Of a stretch of 64,000 nucleotides of DNA, positions 11,681-24,449 are shown in pieces. Below the pieces are notes generated by a model, which was not told the origin of the DNA, searched no databases, and saw only the letters and a list, made by a program, of their open reading frames with translations. Source of the stretch: Octopus sinensis (taxonomy: Eukaryota); NCBI RefSeq assembly GCF_006345805.1, contig NC_043008.1, positions 75,516,001 through 75,580,000 on the forward strand, given 5' to 3'. Position 1 is the stretch's first letter; each line of letters begins with the position of its first letter. The translations under genes and the position numbers were made by a program.

Positions 11681-12570
11681 TACAGGGTGCGTAGGATATT
11701 TGAGGACAGATTTATGTTTATAAAAAACATATATAATAACAGAAATAATAATAACAATAAAAATAAAATAATAATAATAATAATATTTATCATAATATGC
11801 TATGAGGATAAAAATAAATCTTCTTTCCTATAATGTTATTCAATAAAACCACCTTCATCTTCAACAACCGTTTCTATATGAGATCTAATTCATCTACAGG
11901 CTCGAATCAAGTGGTCCTGGTTCATTTTACACATTACTCTGGCTATGGCAGCTTTCAAAGTATATTTGGTGTTATGGGCGTGTTAATTGACCTCTCTCTC
12001 AACAACGCTCCACGTGTAATAGTCTATTGGATTGACATCTGGGGAATTACGGGGCCAAATGTTAGATGTTATGTGATCAGGAAAATTTTCACCAATCCAT
12101 TCGTGTTACTAGGGCCATGTGTGATAGTGCAGAGTCTTACTGAAACACATATGGCCTTCCATTGCATACACTTCTATCAAGAGCTTAACATTCTTTTTAC
12201 AACACCTCAATGTAGGCAGCAGAATTAACTCTAAAGCCTTGTGGAAAGAAGTAATGAGGCATCACATGTCCTTCGTTGCTGACAAGCCCTAAAACCATGA
12301 CAGTTTCAGGAAAAATTGTATGTATAACACTTGCAACTTCAGAAGGGTCTGCACATAACTATCTGTCATTTCTTCTGTTAACTGTTTAATCTTGATCGAA
12401 GTATTTCTCGTTTCAAAAATATCAAAATCGAATCTTCTGCTGGATTTTTCAGTCTGTTTAAGAATTTTGTAGATCTGATATAGTAATTTTCTTTTGCTTT
12501 TCCTGACAAATTGACCTTTCCTCATCATATAAGTCTTCGTTTGATGTCTTCGTGGACAACATTTCTGATT
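11681..12570 (-). mobile_element. Tc1/mariner DD37D (maT-type) transposon, 3' portion, pseudogenised
   Basis: Minus-strand frames IRNVVHEDI, MMRKGQF, VMVLGLVSNEGHVMPHYFFPQGFRVNSAAYIEVL, YVFQ*DSA and WPRNSPDVNPIDYY; end TA|CAGGGTG in a (TA)n tract at 11681. Confidence 0.85.
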
Positions 12571-12592
12571 AAAAGGGATGTTTATTTTAAAC

Positions 12593-13718
12593 AAACATCC
12601 CTTTCAATCTTGCAAGAAGGATATGCACAATAGTGTCAGAACAAAATACCAGGAACTTTAAACTACAAGAACTCAAAGACTCCCTAATTGACAGACACTA
12701 CCTAATGGAGGATGGAATCAGATATGCAACAGAAATCGACATAGAAACTTTAAGAAAAGTTCAACACAGCAACACACCTTCCCCGAAAATACTGCCTTAC
12801 ATATCCACATACAACCCCAGAAACAAAGAAGCCTTCACCATCATCACCCAGAATTTACAAATGCTTCATAAGGACCCCAAATTAAAGGAAATTCTAAACA
12901 TACATAAACTCATTAAGAGCTACAAATAAAAGATCCTCACAAAGGCAAAATTGTTTTCTGAAATAACGGATGCAAAACTAAAAAAATGTGGTAGACCAAA
13001 CTGCGCAACATGCCCAAACATTCTAGAAGGCTCAGAATTCCTTTTCAAAGAGGGGCAAAGATTCAAGATCAAATCTAATTTTACTTGTGCTTCAGAAAAC
13101 CTAATTTATGTCATAAGATGCTCGGGTTGCCACCAACACTACATAGCATCCACGGGATTATCGCTCAGACGCATATGCACTCTGCATCGACAACAGATTG
13201 CATTCCCAGAATACAGAATGATACCTTTTAGTGAACATATTGAGAAATATGCAAAGCAACTACTACCACGATTTTTAATCGTTCCATTCTATTAATGTGC
13301 TATTGGGACACCAACACAAATTAGATTAAACAAGGAAAAATTCTTCATTGAAAAATATAATCCAAATCATAACCATTCTAACATTTTTATACAAGGAAAC
13401 TCATCTCATTGACGAAAAGATAAAATATAAAGCGATTATCTCCCTTATACCGGAAGAAATCCCTGATTACCTTCCCCTGCGTGGAACTCTTCACTTCATA
13501 GCGAAGACATGACACAATGTAGATAAAGAAATTTGAGAAATTTGAAAAGAATATACGAAACCGGTTATTTCTCAAAAAATATGTAACACTACACAAAATT
13601 TTATAACATTTTTCTAACATAACGACTTTAACCTTATAACACAAGCCTTCTGTAGTTTTTTCACTCTTTTTTATATTTTATACATCCAATCACGTACTTT
13701 CACACACCAACTCTCTCA

Positions 13719-13720
<2 letters not shown>
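12593..13720 (+). mobile_element. Penelope-like element, 5'-truncated (RT thumb + GIY-YIG endonuclease + 3' region)
   Basis: NIPFNLARRICTIVSEQN, LPYISTYNP, CGRPNCATC and FTCASENLIYVIRCSGCHQHYIASTG (ORF 12951-13295); followed by (TA)n at 13721. Confidence 0.9.
13532..13576 (+). ncRNA. Degenerate minimal type I hammerhead in the PLE 3' region
   Basis: UUUGAGAAAU UUGAAAA G-AAUAUA-C GAAA CCGG UU AUUUCUCAAA: perfect 10-bp stem I, 1-bp stem II, palindromic ACCGGU stem III; the core carries C3U and G8A changes, so it is probably inactive. Confidence 0.6.
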
Positions 13721-13793
<73 letters not shown>

Positions 13794-13872
13794 ATATATA
13801 TATACGTTTAAATATTTGTTGTGCAAGATTTTATTGGCTAAACTGGCAATATGACCATTCCGAAATATAACA

Positions 13873-13903
<31 letters not shown>

Positions 13904-15689
13904 AAATAAAAAATGCCATGAAGTGTTCTTTGTCTTCCGGGAAAGAATTCGACTGCAGACCTTTCAGGGTAGAAAGAAATAAAAATAATTTTAAATACGT
14001 TCTTCTCGCTATTGTCATGCTGGAAATCTTGAACTGAAACACGAAGTATAATGTGCTCCTGTATTTTTATCAGTAAGTTGTGTCTACCATATAATACCTG
14101 TTTATTGCTGGCTTATAGTCTTTGCAACTGAAATGTATTGGCTGAGAATAAAGCGTACCCATTTCAGTCGCTTTTTCATATTCTGACTTCAATCTAAAAC
14201 TTCATTTTATTCTCACGATACCTAACTAAAGACATTTTCAAGGAGGCCTTAGCAGATGATGCTAGCAAGACACGAACAAATTTAAATACCAAGTCGAAAG
14301 TCCTCTTAAAGTGAGGGTGTCGTCTTATTGTTTCATTATAAATTTCATATAGGATGTAACAGCAATTTAGCAGGAGACTATCCCAGTATATACTTGCAAA
14401 ATCTAAGCTTCGTAGATTGCACTATATTATTTCGGTAAATAACTTATATTTATGTCTCTAGAAAAACTCACTGATGTTCGTAATACATAAATACTGTTAA
14501 TCCGTAATACATATCGATTTGTATATTGAACATAGTGAATATTGGAATGAATATTTATTAATTCTTGAACCACTTCTTGTTTTTGCTTGAATAAAAAAAA
14601 ATTATCTTTTCAGACAAAAGATTTTACACTATTTTCATTTCTAACTGAACTAGACACAAATTGGCTTCTCTAAAATTTCAGATTTTAAAAAGCAATGTTT
14701 TCCTTTCCTGGAAGCTAGATAATAACATTTAATGTATTCCTTCTATTTTATTGATTTTCTCATAAATTATTCATGTTCCTTCAAGAAAACAAAGAAGACA
14801 CATATAATGAAATGAAATTCAAAAGGTTTTCTTAACGAACAGCATATTCGCATTTTAACAAGGATTTTGCTAAACCTAGTGAATATTTTTTCTTTTAAAA
14901 TGTATCATATCCTACATAACCTATCTGCAAGAATTCACGCAATCTCTCTTCGTCTCTCTTTCTCTCTCCCTCTCTCTCTCTCTTTCACGCTAATACACAA
15001 CTATATATGCACTTTTAGCTTTATTACGTACTTGTAACGTTATATATAAAGATAAAGAGAACTCACTTCTTTAAGTTAAACTAAATATTTGGTATATAAT
15101 GATAAAATTGTAGCTGACAGAATTTCGTATCTGTGGTTAGTCTTCACATGAGATTACTTATTGAAAGGCAATTATTTCCTTCATTTTTTTATCAACAAGC
15201 ATTACGACTGTCCTTTCATTTTATACAATTCTCAATCATTTATAGAATACCCATGTAGTTGGTGATTTATTTTCACATCATATCACAATGGTGGCCAGGA
15301 ATTTAAACAGACTGAAATTTATTAAATTTTCTAATACTTGAGAAAAATAAATGCTAGATGACGGCGAATCACGTAATGTGTTTCGTCACTGATGCTTGAT
15401 AGCTCAGGATCCAATATCTACTGTTGGATGCTGTCGGCTGCTTTGGCGTCTGGTTGGTTTTGTGCATATAGCACACACATACGCATATGCATATGCACTC
15501 ACACTCACACATATACATACCACTCACACGAACGCATCAAGCATACACCCACCAAATATTGTATAGGAAATGTCTTTAGTTAAAAATAAAAGTATAATCA
15601 CCCTTCTTCAACGTTTTATAGAACCCATACACGTAGGGAATATATCGGAACACTTTATACAATACTATATTACCCATTCACTACAAACT

Positions 15690-16342
15690 AATAAACGTGA
15701 ATTTGTCAAAAGGCCTCCAAGAAGGCAAAGATGACCCTCGTTATAACGACGTAAACTATAAAGTTTAAGGGTAAGAGTCTGATGCTTTGGGGATGCATAA
15801 AATGCGATGGTTCAAGAAAGCTGGTTAAAATTGATGCCAGGTATATCCAGTTGCTGAAGGACAATTTGATACCAGACATGGATGAAGCTGAGATTTTTTT
15901 AGCATCACGGAAATCCATGCCACAGACTGTGTGCAACACAACAGAGTCTGGTTGATGAAGGTGTTATCGCATTGAAAGATCGACCAGCTCAGAGCCCTGA
16001 CTTAAATATCATCGGGCAAATGTGGACTGAACAAAACAGAAGCGTTCGTCAGAAAAATCCACGCAATCTTGAAGATTTGCGGAAGCTCAGCCACAGAGAA
16101 TGGCATTTTATACGCGTGAAAATGGTGAAGGATTTGTACGCATCTTTCCTCAGACGCCTTGAAGCAATTATTCAAGCTAAGGGAAGCCACATGAAATATT
16201 GACAACGCACAGTAACGTCTTCAAATGAACTTTATGTAATAAATTATCATTATAGCCATTTTTCTGTTTTAAAACACAGTATCTTGATTGATTTATGTGA
16301 GGTAACCAAAAAAGTTTGGATGGTCATTTTTGGTAGTCGCCT
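15690..16342 (+). mobile_element. Tc1-like transposase relic (C-terminal part)
   Basis: GKSLMLWGCIKCDG, then PAQSPDLNIIGQMW...RRLEAIIQAKGSHMKY* (ORF 15972-16202). Confidence 0.8.
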
Positions 16343-16399
16343 CGTACCATTCCCCTCTCATATATATATATCTTCTAACTAATTATAGTTTATTATCAT

Positions 16400-17000
16400 C
16401 ATGATCCTTTCACCAACCTATGGTTGGTCGGAACGCCATTGACAATCCTTTTCCATACTACGCAGCCCTGCATTGTTCTGTTCAGTACTCTAGCATCTAG
16501 CCTTGGGTCCCGAGATATAGTATCTAGAAATGTCAGTTTCCTGGGGAAAACACATCTAGACGGATGCTCAAGGAGCAGAGATGCGATAACCTCTTTCTCT
16601 GCCTTAGCTTGAGGGATATTGGTATCAGATTTCCATAGATGTTGCTATGTGTTGCATGTGATCTCCAACTGATGTTCTGTATCATTATGAGCAAGCTAGT
16701 ATATGTTCCATCTAGTTGTTTTTCTAAGGAAAACGATTAGGTCTAGGTCTCTGAAGGACCGGCTCATTCAGCGTTCTAAATATTTTAACTTTTAACGTGG
16801 GTGGAAGATTTGAGTGCCAGATCTTATCAAGTCTGTTACATGCATCCCAAACAAGAGCTTTGCAAATGCGAAAGTCCTTTTGGGAGTCTACTATGTGTGA
16901 TTCAAGATATTTGAAGCCGTCAACGTTTTTGATTGAGATATTATTGAGCGATATAAGTTCAGTTAATTTGGCGAAGGTCTTGATAAAATCTGTCTTACTG
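16400..17000 (-). mobile_element. Non-LTR retrotransposon 3' fragment (RTE-like RT C-terminus)
   Basis: Minus frame KNVDGFKYLESHIVDSQKDFRICKALVWDACNRLDKIWHSNLP and ...MQGCVVWKRIV; clade assignment by motif recall only. Confidence 0.6.
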
Positions 17001-17847
17001 TCGTTGCAGTAATTTTGCAGTTTAGTATTTAACCCCCTCTTTCTTTGAACTCCTTAATGATAAGTAGCATGTTACTATTACTACAAGGTTTTTCCTCTCT
17101 AGGTAAACATGTCCTAATATTACAAGCGGTTTGCACTAACCCATATAACGTATTCGTATCTAAAACAACACTCTACATCTTTCCACTTTACCTGATAAAT
17201 CAATCACGCTAAATTCTACAATTCCTTAAAGTTAGATCTTATTCGATTGCCTTCGTACCCACCCTCAGCATTCAACTTATATCCATAGAATACCCCTAAA
17301 TTCTGTATATCTCTGCACCCCTCTATTTGTTCTTTAGCCTTAGCTAGCGAATCTTAAACACCGACCCTATGTCTAATCAGATTTATGTATGCACTTATTT
17401 TTCTTCACTTTTACTTTTAATTTTCTTTACTCTTTACTTTTTATCTTTAGTTTATCTTCGGTCCTCTGCCAACGACCCACTTTTCTAAGTACTATAATAA
17501 AATATGACCTGCATTCTACTCTATCCTACCAAAGATACAATCTAGCCGACCTATCTCACCCGGATCGATGACCTTAAATACCATATTACACCCTTCCTCA
17601 ATATCATATTACACCCTTCCTCAAACTATATTCTTAACCTAACAGCACCCACTAATGCCCACAACGGCCAACTTTGTTGGTCATTCTCCCATTTCATGGT
17701 TATCCTCAACATACGTCAACCATGTTTGTGCTGTATTCTTCGGATATTCTTTTGTTGGTAAAATTACGTTTCATCTGATGATTACAGATTTTTGTAATGG
17801 ATTCTCATTCTTCTATGAAAAATGGGTAAGAAACAGCGGTAATGATC

Positions 17848-17881
<34 letters not shown>

Positions 17882-18559
17882 GGAATAAAAATTTATATAT
17901 AAAGAACATGAAATACACGAAGGGACGAACACGGAAAACAGACAAGTCATTCGAAGCCATATATATATAGAGATAAATAGATAATTATATAAATACATAG
18001 ATAGATAGATTGCTAGACAGATATAAATACATATGTAGCAGGGCACCTTTAATTTTGCTGCTTAAAATATAGGGACAAATAGAAGGTGGAGCAACGGTTT
18101 TTAAGAGAAAACTATACAACGAGGTAGAACAACTTTTGATCCAAAAATATCGAGATGTATGTCACTGAAAACTGGAAATGCTTCTTCGGTGGTTACTTTA
18201 TTTTTTTTAGGAGAAATGAAATGATGATCGACAACTTTTCAGTAACTTTCTTAACACTCTGCATCCATCAATCAAATTCACACCAGAAACCACCCACAGT
18301 GACATTCACATAAGAATACTCGACTCCACTATAACAGAAGTTATTTCTAACAAAAAGACAGACATACAGCAGTATTTCAAATCCCGTTTTATCATCATTG
18401 ACATATTTAAAAAGAACATTCTTCAAAGTATGGAAATAATAGGCGCAGGCATGGGTGTGGGATGTGCAGCTTGCTTCCCTACCACAAGTTTGCAGCTTTG
18501 GTCCCATTCTGTGGCACATTGGGTACGTATTTTCTACTATAGATAAAACAGGCCGGCGT

Positions 18560-18745
18560 ATATGTGTATGTGTGTGTATCTGTCTGTATCTCTGTTTGAC
18601 CCCACTACCGCTGGTGTGCTTACGTCCCCGTAACATTAGCGGTTCGCGACAAAAAACGATAAAGTAAGTATTGGGGAAGATTCATTCGATTAAAAATTCT
18701 CCAAGGATGTGCTATAGCACGGTCGCAGTCTAATGACTGAGAAAA
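18560..18745 (+). mobile_element. SINE family 2, 3' portion
   Basis: TTAGCGGTTCG...CGATAAAGTAAGTA...TAATGACTGA matches the reverse complement of 231-400. Confidence 0.65.
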
Positions 18746-18759
18746 ATAGTAGTTCTTCC

Positions 18760-20300
18760 GAAAATACGTCAAATTCGAGAAAATGAACTCAAAGGCTTCT
18801 TAAATACAGAATAATCCTTCAAAATAAATAAATGATGGAATTGTGAAGGAACTGGACAGGTCACAATTGAGAACACCTAAGAAAAAATATAGAAAATTTC
18901 CTACATTGTAAAAAGAAACGTTGGTTCCCATACAACATTTAAAAATAGATTCAGCATTCTAGTTAATGGAGAATGGAACTGCATAACATATACTGCATAA
19001 CATCTCTTAATTGCCTCCAAATCAAAATTGTGGGTGATGAAAACCTTAAACGAGAGAGTAAACGTCAGCTAAGAATTTCACATCAGAAGATAATTGAGAA
19101 GGACTGTGGAAATACATGATATGTAGCAGTAGCAATTCAAGTATTTGGATGCTGGTTCCCATACAACATTTAGAAATAGATTAAGCTTCCTAGTTAATGG
19201 AGAATGGAACTGCAAGATGCAGAACCTCATATACTGCATAACATCTCTTAATTGCAAAGAAAATTATATTGGCGAAACCAACAGTTACTTAGCCAACATG
19301 CAAGAATCCACAGACAACATATCAAACAGAAAGAATTACGCACGATTCCGCTAACATTATTACATCAAACACAAATATTTTAAATATTAAGGATGAAACC
19401 TTCTTCCCCTCAATGTATAAGCCACAATTTACACTAAAAAATTTGAAGCGCGGCCTGTTAGTTATTTACCTCCCACCTTAAATATAATTATTATGTCGGA
19501 CAGACAAAAGACCATCTCCAGTAAATTTTAAAAATTCATATCTACAATTTTCTGTTAAAAAAATTTATCTTCCTTTTCTTTCCGTTCTTTTTTCCCTGAA
19601 TATTCGAAAATGTAAACATCCTGTTTATTGGATAAAAACACCACAGTTTTCTCTCAACTGACATACAAACGAACACCTAAAAAAATTTAGAAACTTTAAT
19701 ATTTCCAATTTTGCCTGAATATTTTGTCTTCCCTTCTTCCCCGACTAAAAGAATATTTAAAACTGACATGTATTGTAACAACACAATTAAATGCACGGAA
19801 AAAAGTAAGTAAGCACCTGCTAATATATACATGCTGCACAACTACAAAAACTGTAAACCACAGTAAAACTTTTAAAAAGAAAAATTTCCAAAAGAGGAAG
19901 AAATTCAGAAATTTAAAAATCCAACAAGATGAACAGTTTTTCCTCCTACTATTCCGAAGACTGGAATATCTACAATTTCCGGTGAATATTTAAAATCTCC
20001 CTCAAAATAAAATAAGTTAGGAAACATACATACCTACAACTTTCGAACACACAAAGGATCAGCTTTAAAAAACCTACAGCTACTGTATGAATACTTATCC
20101 TTTCTTCTCTCCCCTTGTATTCGAAAATGTAAACATCCTTTTCATTGCAAAAGTCCTACTGTATACTCCAACTGGACAGACAAACGAATATCTGAAGAAA
20201 ACTTAAAAACTTTAATATAGTACCCAAATAAGTAAGCACAATTTTTATTGCAAGAACACAATTGAATTCAGAAATTCAAAATTTCTAGGACGTGAATATC
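18760..20300 (+). mobile_element. Decayed Penelope-like element with partial tandem repeats
   Basis: NCKMQNLIYCITSLNCKENYIGETN GIY-YIG motif (ORF 19145-19354); duplicated blocks 18922-19014/19153-19255 and ~19600-19700/~20115-20225; ends at (TA)n. Confidence 0.7.
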
Positions 20301-20311
20301 AGTATATATAT

Positions 20312-20382
<71 letters not shown>

Positions 20383-20868
20383 ATGTGTGTGTTGTGTGTG
20401 TGTATGCGTGCGCGCGCGTGTGTGTGTGTGCGTGTGTGTATGTATTATTATTATTAATATTGTTTTTCTACCAGTAAATACAAATAGAACAGGCTGAATT
20501 GCTTCTTTTCAAGGCAGCGTTTTCAGTGGTAGTAGTAAACACATTTGACCTCCGATGACCCAAAGGGTACGAAGATTCTTTTGTCTCTCTAGCTGAACTC
20601 TCCACCATCTGCCGAATATATTTATAGACCTGTAGAATATGATCTATTCAACAAACTACTACCCAGCTATCTCCTCCAACAATGGTAGTGGTGAAGATGA
20701 TGATAATGAAAAAATAAAGATAATAATAATATGCTGCAGCTATTAATACTAAATAATAGAATAATACTACAACTACCACTATTATGATAGCACAGCATTC
20801 TGAGGCTCAATTACCACCCTTACCACTATTTCACCCTTGCAACTGTTGGTGTTGCTGCAACCACTGAT

Positions 20869-20931
<63 letters not shown>

Positions 20932-20955
20932 TATTATTATTATTATTATTATTAT

Positions 20956-21314
20956 TCTATGTTTGACTTTTGCTTTATATTTGTACAAGTTGGCTCCAAG
21001 TCTCACCCAGAGACCTCAAGAGACAACAGGGTTGGAAGTTCATGTTGTTGTTATGCCTAGTGTGCCATATATTTGGGGGGTGGGGATGTTGTACTAATGA
21101 ATGTCTAAAAAAAAAAGTTTTTTTTTTTTTTTTTTTTAACCGAAAATTATGGTTGTTTTAAACCTTGAGGTTACATAGAGAGTATTTTGCGTAGGATATG
21201 AGCAGTTCCCATGAGCACTATCTTTTGAACTTCTGCCATTTTTGGGTTTCCTGGTATCTGAGTTAGGTAGCTATCAGCCCCTTTTGCTATCATTCCCAGG
21301 GCACCTATGACACC

Positions 21315-21316
<2 letters not shown>
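20956..21316 (-). mobile_element. R4/Dong-like LINE subfamily B, 3' end fragment
   Basis: Minus frame IGALGMIAKGADSYLTQIPGNPKMAEVQKIVLMGTAHILRKILSM* plus a 3' UTR shared with 45768-46630; ATT tracts on both sides. Confidence 0.9.
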
Positions 21317-21374
<58 letters not shown>

Positions 21375-21376
<2 letters not shown>

Positions 21377-22020
21377 TTTTCCTTCTTCAAATTTTCTTTC
21401 GTTTCTCGCCGAGTGTTTTTCATACACCCAGGGCAGAAAAAGGCATTGCATGCATTCCCAGATTACACGCGCAAATTCACAAATAAAATATGTATTTAAA
21501 AATTAATAAATAAATAAATTCATGGATGGATGTTATTTTCACAGCGATAGTGCTCTTCTCAATACATGAGCCGTTCCAGTTACTACGATTTTTTGCACAT
21601 CCTGTAGGGTTGGTAAGCCTGGAATCATTTTTCAAATAGGTTTCAGAACCTTTTTTTATCATTCCTCGAGTTCCTACAATCACTGGTACTGTAGTCGCCT
21701 TGAGATGCCACATTTTTTCAATTTCTATTAGCAGGTCTTTATATTTACTAATCTTGTCAAATTCTTTTGCTGCTATATTGTGATTACAGGGAATACTCAT
21801 GTCAATTAATAAACACATCCGTTTTGTCTGATCTTTTATAATAATATCGGTTTATTAGCTTTTATAGTCCTGTCGGTCAGCACGGGGAAGTCCCATAGAA
21901 TCGACACATTTTCTCCCTCAGCCACAGCATCAGGATGATGTTTATTCCATTTGTCAGAGGTTTTGATTTTATAATGCCGACATATTGTCCAATGTAAATA
22001 CTGGCCGACTCTATAATGTC

Positions 22021-22024
<4 letters not shown>
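21375..22024 (-). mobile_element. R4/Dong-like LINE subfamily C, 3' fragment
   Basis: LLIDMSIPCNHNIAAKEFDKISKYKDLLIEIEKMWHL, nearly the same as ORF 46844-47716; related 3' UTR. Confidence 0.9.
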
Positions 22025-22106
<82 letters not shown>

Positions 22107-22107
22107 T

Positions 22108-24445
22108 TCATATACACAGAACAGATTAGACCGTTGGAAACGAAAAATTCCCAATATAGAGGTAACAACGAGCAACGTTAGATTCCTTAGATTGTAGCCG
22201 CTACTAATAACACTGTTTTCTGCAGCTGTACTAAACTGGGTTTTATGCCTATTTCCACTATCCATCTGTTCAGATTTTCAAGGATAATTCCAAATGCACT
22301 TATAACTACTGGAGTAATTCAATGGCGAGGTCCTGATACTTTTTACGTGTCATATTGAGTTTTCATCTTTTGCGACTGTAAAGTCAATTACTGGCACTTC
22401 TATTATCTTTATCTACTACTACTAAATCACGCCTTGTAGTTTCCTTTATTCTATCAGTCAGAATATTAAAGTCCCACAACACCTAGTATCTCTTACTTTC
22501 TAGTACTTTACTAGGTTCATGTTCATACCATTTATAAGTATGTTTAAATATGATCTTTGTACGTAGCTGTCTAGCTTATGTCTTTTCTTGTACTCTTTCT
22601 GTGCCAGCATGCTACATTCATTTACTATATGAGTTACACTTTCCTCTTTTGATCTGGACAACTTACATTGTGAATCTACTTGTTTTTTGTCTATTTGGCT
22701 TTTATACAATTAGTCCTTAATGCTTGACCTTCTGCAGCTACTAGCAAACTTTCTGTTTCCCATCTTCTGCTTTCCATTCTCCGACCATAAGCAAGTCTCA
22801 ATACTACTATTTGCTGCATCTAGCTTTGATAATCTACCATACAAAGATTTTTCCTGCCAGTCATATAAGTTCTGTTATTTTTTCTGGCTTTTAAGTTCGT
22901 TTCGGTTTTTGGTATCCCTATGTTTTGCTGTGACTCTAGCAGCTTTTAGTAAATTTTCCTCATTATTACATACATAAGAGTCTATATCTACTCTTGCTCA
23001 CTCCACGCAGTCTTCTACTGAAAATAACCCTCTCTGCCTTCATTTTTAGGAAAGTATGATCTACTCCTGTCCTAGGGAGATGTCCTCCATTCATTTTGAA
23101 GTCCGTCCTTCATAGTTCTTCTATCCAGCTTTGCTAATTCAGCTTTTGTCTAATCTACAAAATCTGCTGAGTATCTAACGAATGATAATGTCCAGAAAGA
23201 TTCGAACCATTTATCTTTGACTTCTTTGGCTTCCTAACCCTTCAGATGTACACCTCAAATTTCCCTTTGTACTGCTAGATTCTAATACGCCTAGATACTT
23301 ATAACTCTTTCTTCCTTTCAATGATTTTAATGTCTCACCACCTTGTAATTCTATGCCTTCGCTGTTGACTACTTGTACTCTTCTCATGACTAATATTGCA
23401 CATACCCCATGCCTATATCTTTGTTGAAGAGTTTTACAATCTGTATTAAGGAATCTATCTCTTTTTCATCCTTACGAAAAAGTTTCAGATCATCCATGCA
23501 AAGCAAATGGTTAAGTTTCCTCTTACTATTTCTGAACTGATAGCATGCCTTTACCTTCCTTAATACTAAACTGAGAGAGATAAAACATAAGACAAATATT
23601 GAAGTGGACAACGAGACCTCCTGGAATATTTCTGTTTTGATATCAAATTTCCCTAGGTGAATGTAACAGGAAAAGAGATCTACTTTCCATTTCTTCATGA
23701 TAAAACTAATTAATTCTCTTATGTTGTCAATTATACTAAATATACTCAAACATCCAATTATCCATGGGTGTGGGATCATGTCATAGGCTTTCCTATAATC
23801 TATGCATGCTATTGTTAGATTTCCCTTTAGATTTTACTTCATTTAGGACTGCTTTGTCTATGTGTAAAAGATCGTGCCTTCCTCTAGTATTCTTCCTGCA
23901 ACCTTTCTGTTCTTGGGGCAGTAAATTCTCTTTGTCTATGTGTCTTTAAATGCTTTCTGAGAGCATTCCTGTTAACGGCTTCCCCACTAATGTTAAACAA
24001 TTGATTGGCCTATAAATACGAGCTGTATTACCCTTGCCTTTATCTTTCATAATGAGTTGTGACCCCCACCCTCTAGTCATCCAATCTTGCATTATTCCCC
24101 CATTAAGGCAATCCTGAAGTTGTTCCTTTAGCCTCCCATGTAAAGTACTAAATTTCTTTAGCCACTACCCTTGAACTAAATCTTGTCTTGTCCCCTTCCA
24201 ATTTGGCATTTTGCCTAACATTAGTTAATCTTAGATATGGCTGCTCTTCACTCCCTGCTTCTTCCCTCACTTTGTTTAACCATACTGCATCGCCATTATG
24301 AATCACTAGCTTATCTCAAATATTGCTCCAGCACTTTCTAGCTTCTTCTGCATTAAGTTTTTCATTTTCAGTATTTCGTTCTCCACTATTCATTTGGTTA
24401 TAAAATCTCCTCTGGTCTGTCTTCAATAATCTATTCTGTTGATAC
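22108..24445 (-). mobile_element. R4/Dong-like LINE subfamily D, decayed
   Basis: YRPINCL, EQKGC, IPHPWI, NHLLCMDDLKLF (ORF 23390-23779) and CKLSRSKEESVTHIVNECSMLAQKEYKKRH; abuts an L1/Tx1 copy at ~24450. Confidence 0.85.
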
Positions 24446-24449
24446 TGAT

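Noticed and set aside
17578-17630. ~24-bp tandem duplication CATATTACACCCTTCCTCAA
   Set aside because: Two copies only; ordinary slippage with no array or CRISPR-like spacer structure. No CRISPR, rRNA or prokaryotic features were seen anywhere in the window.
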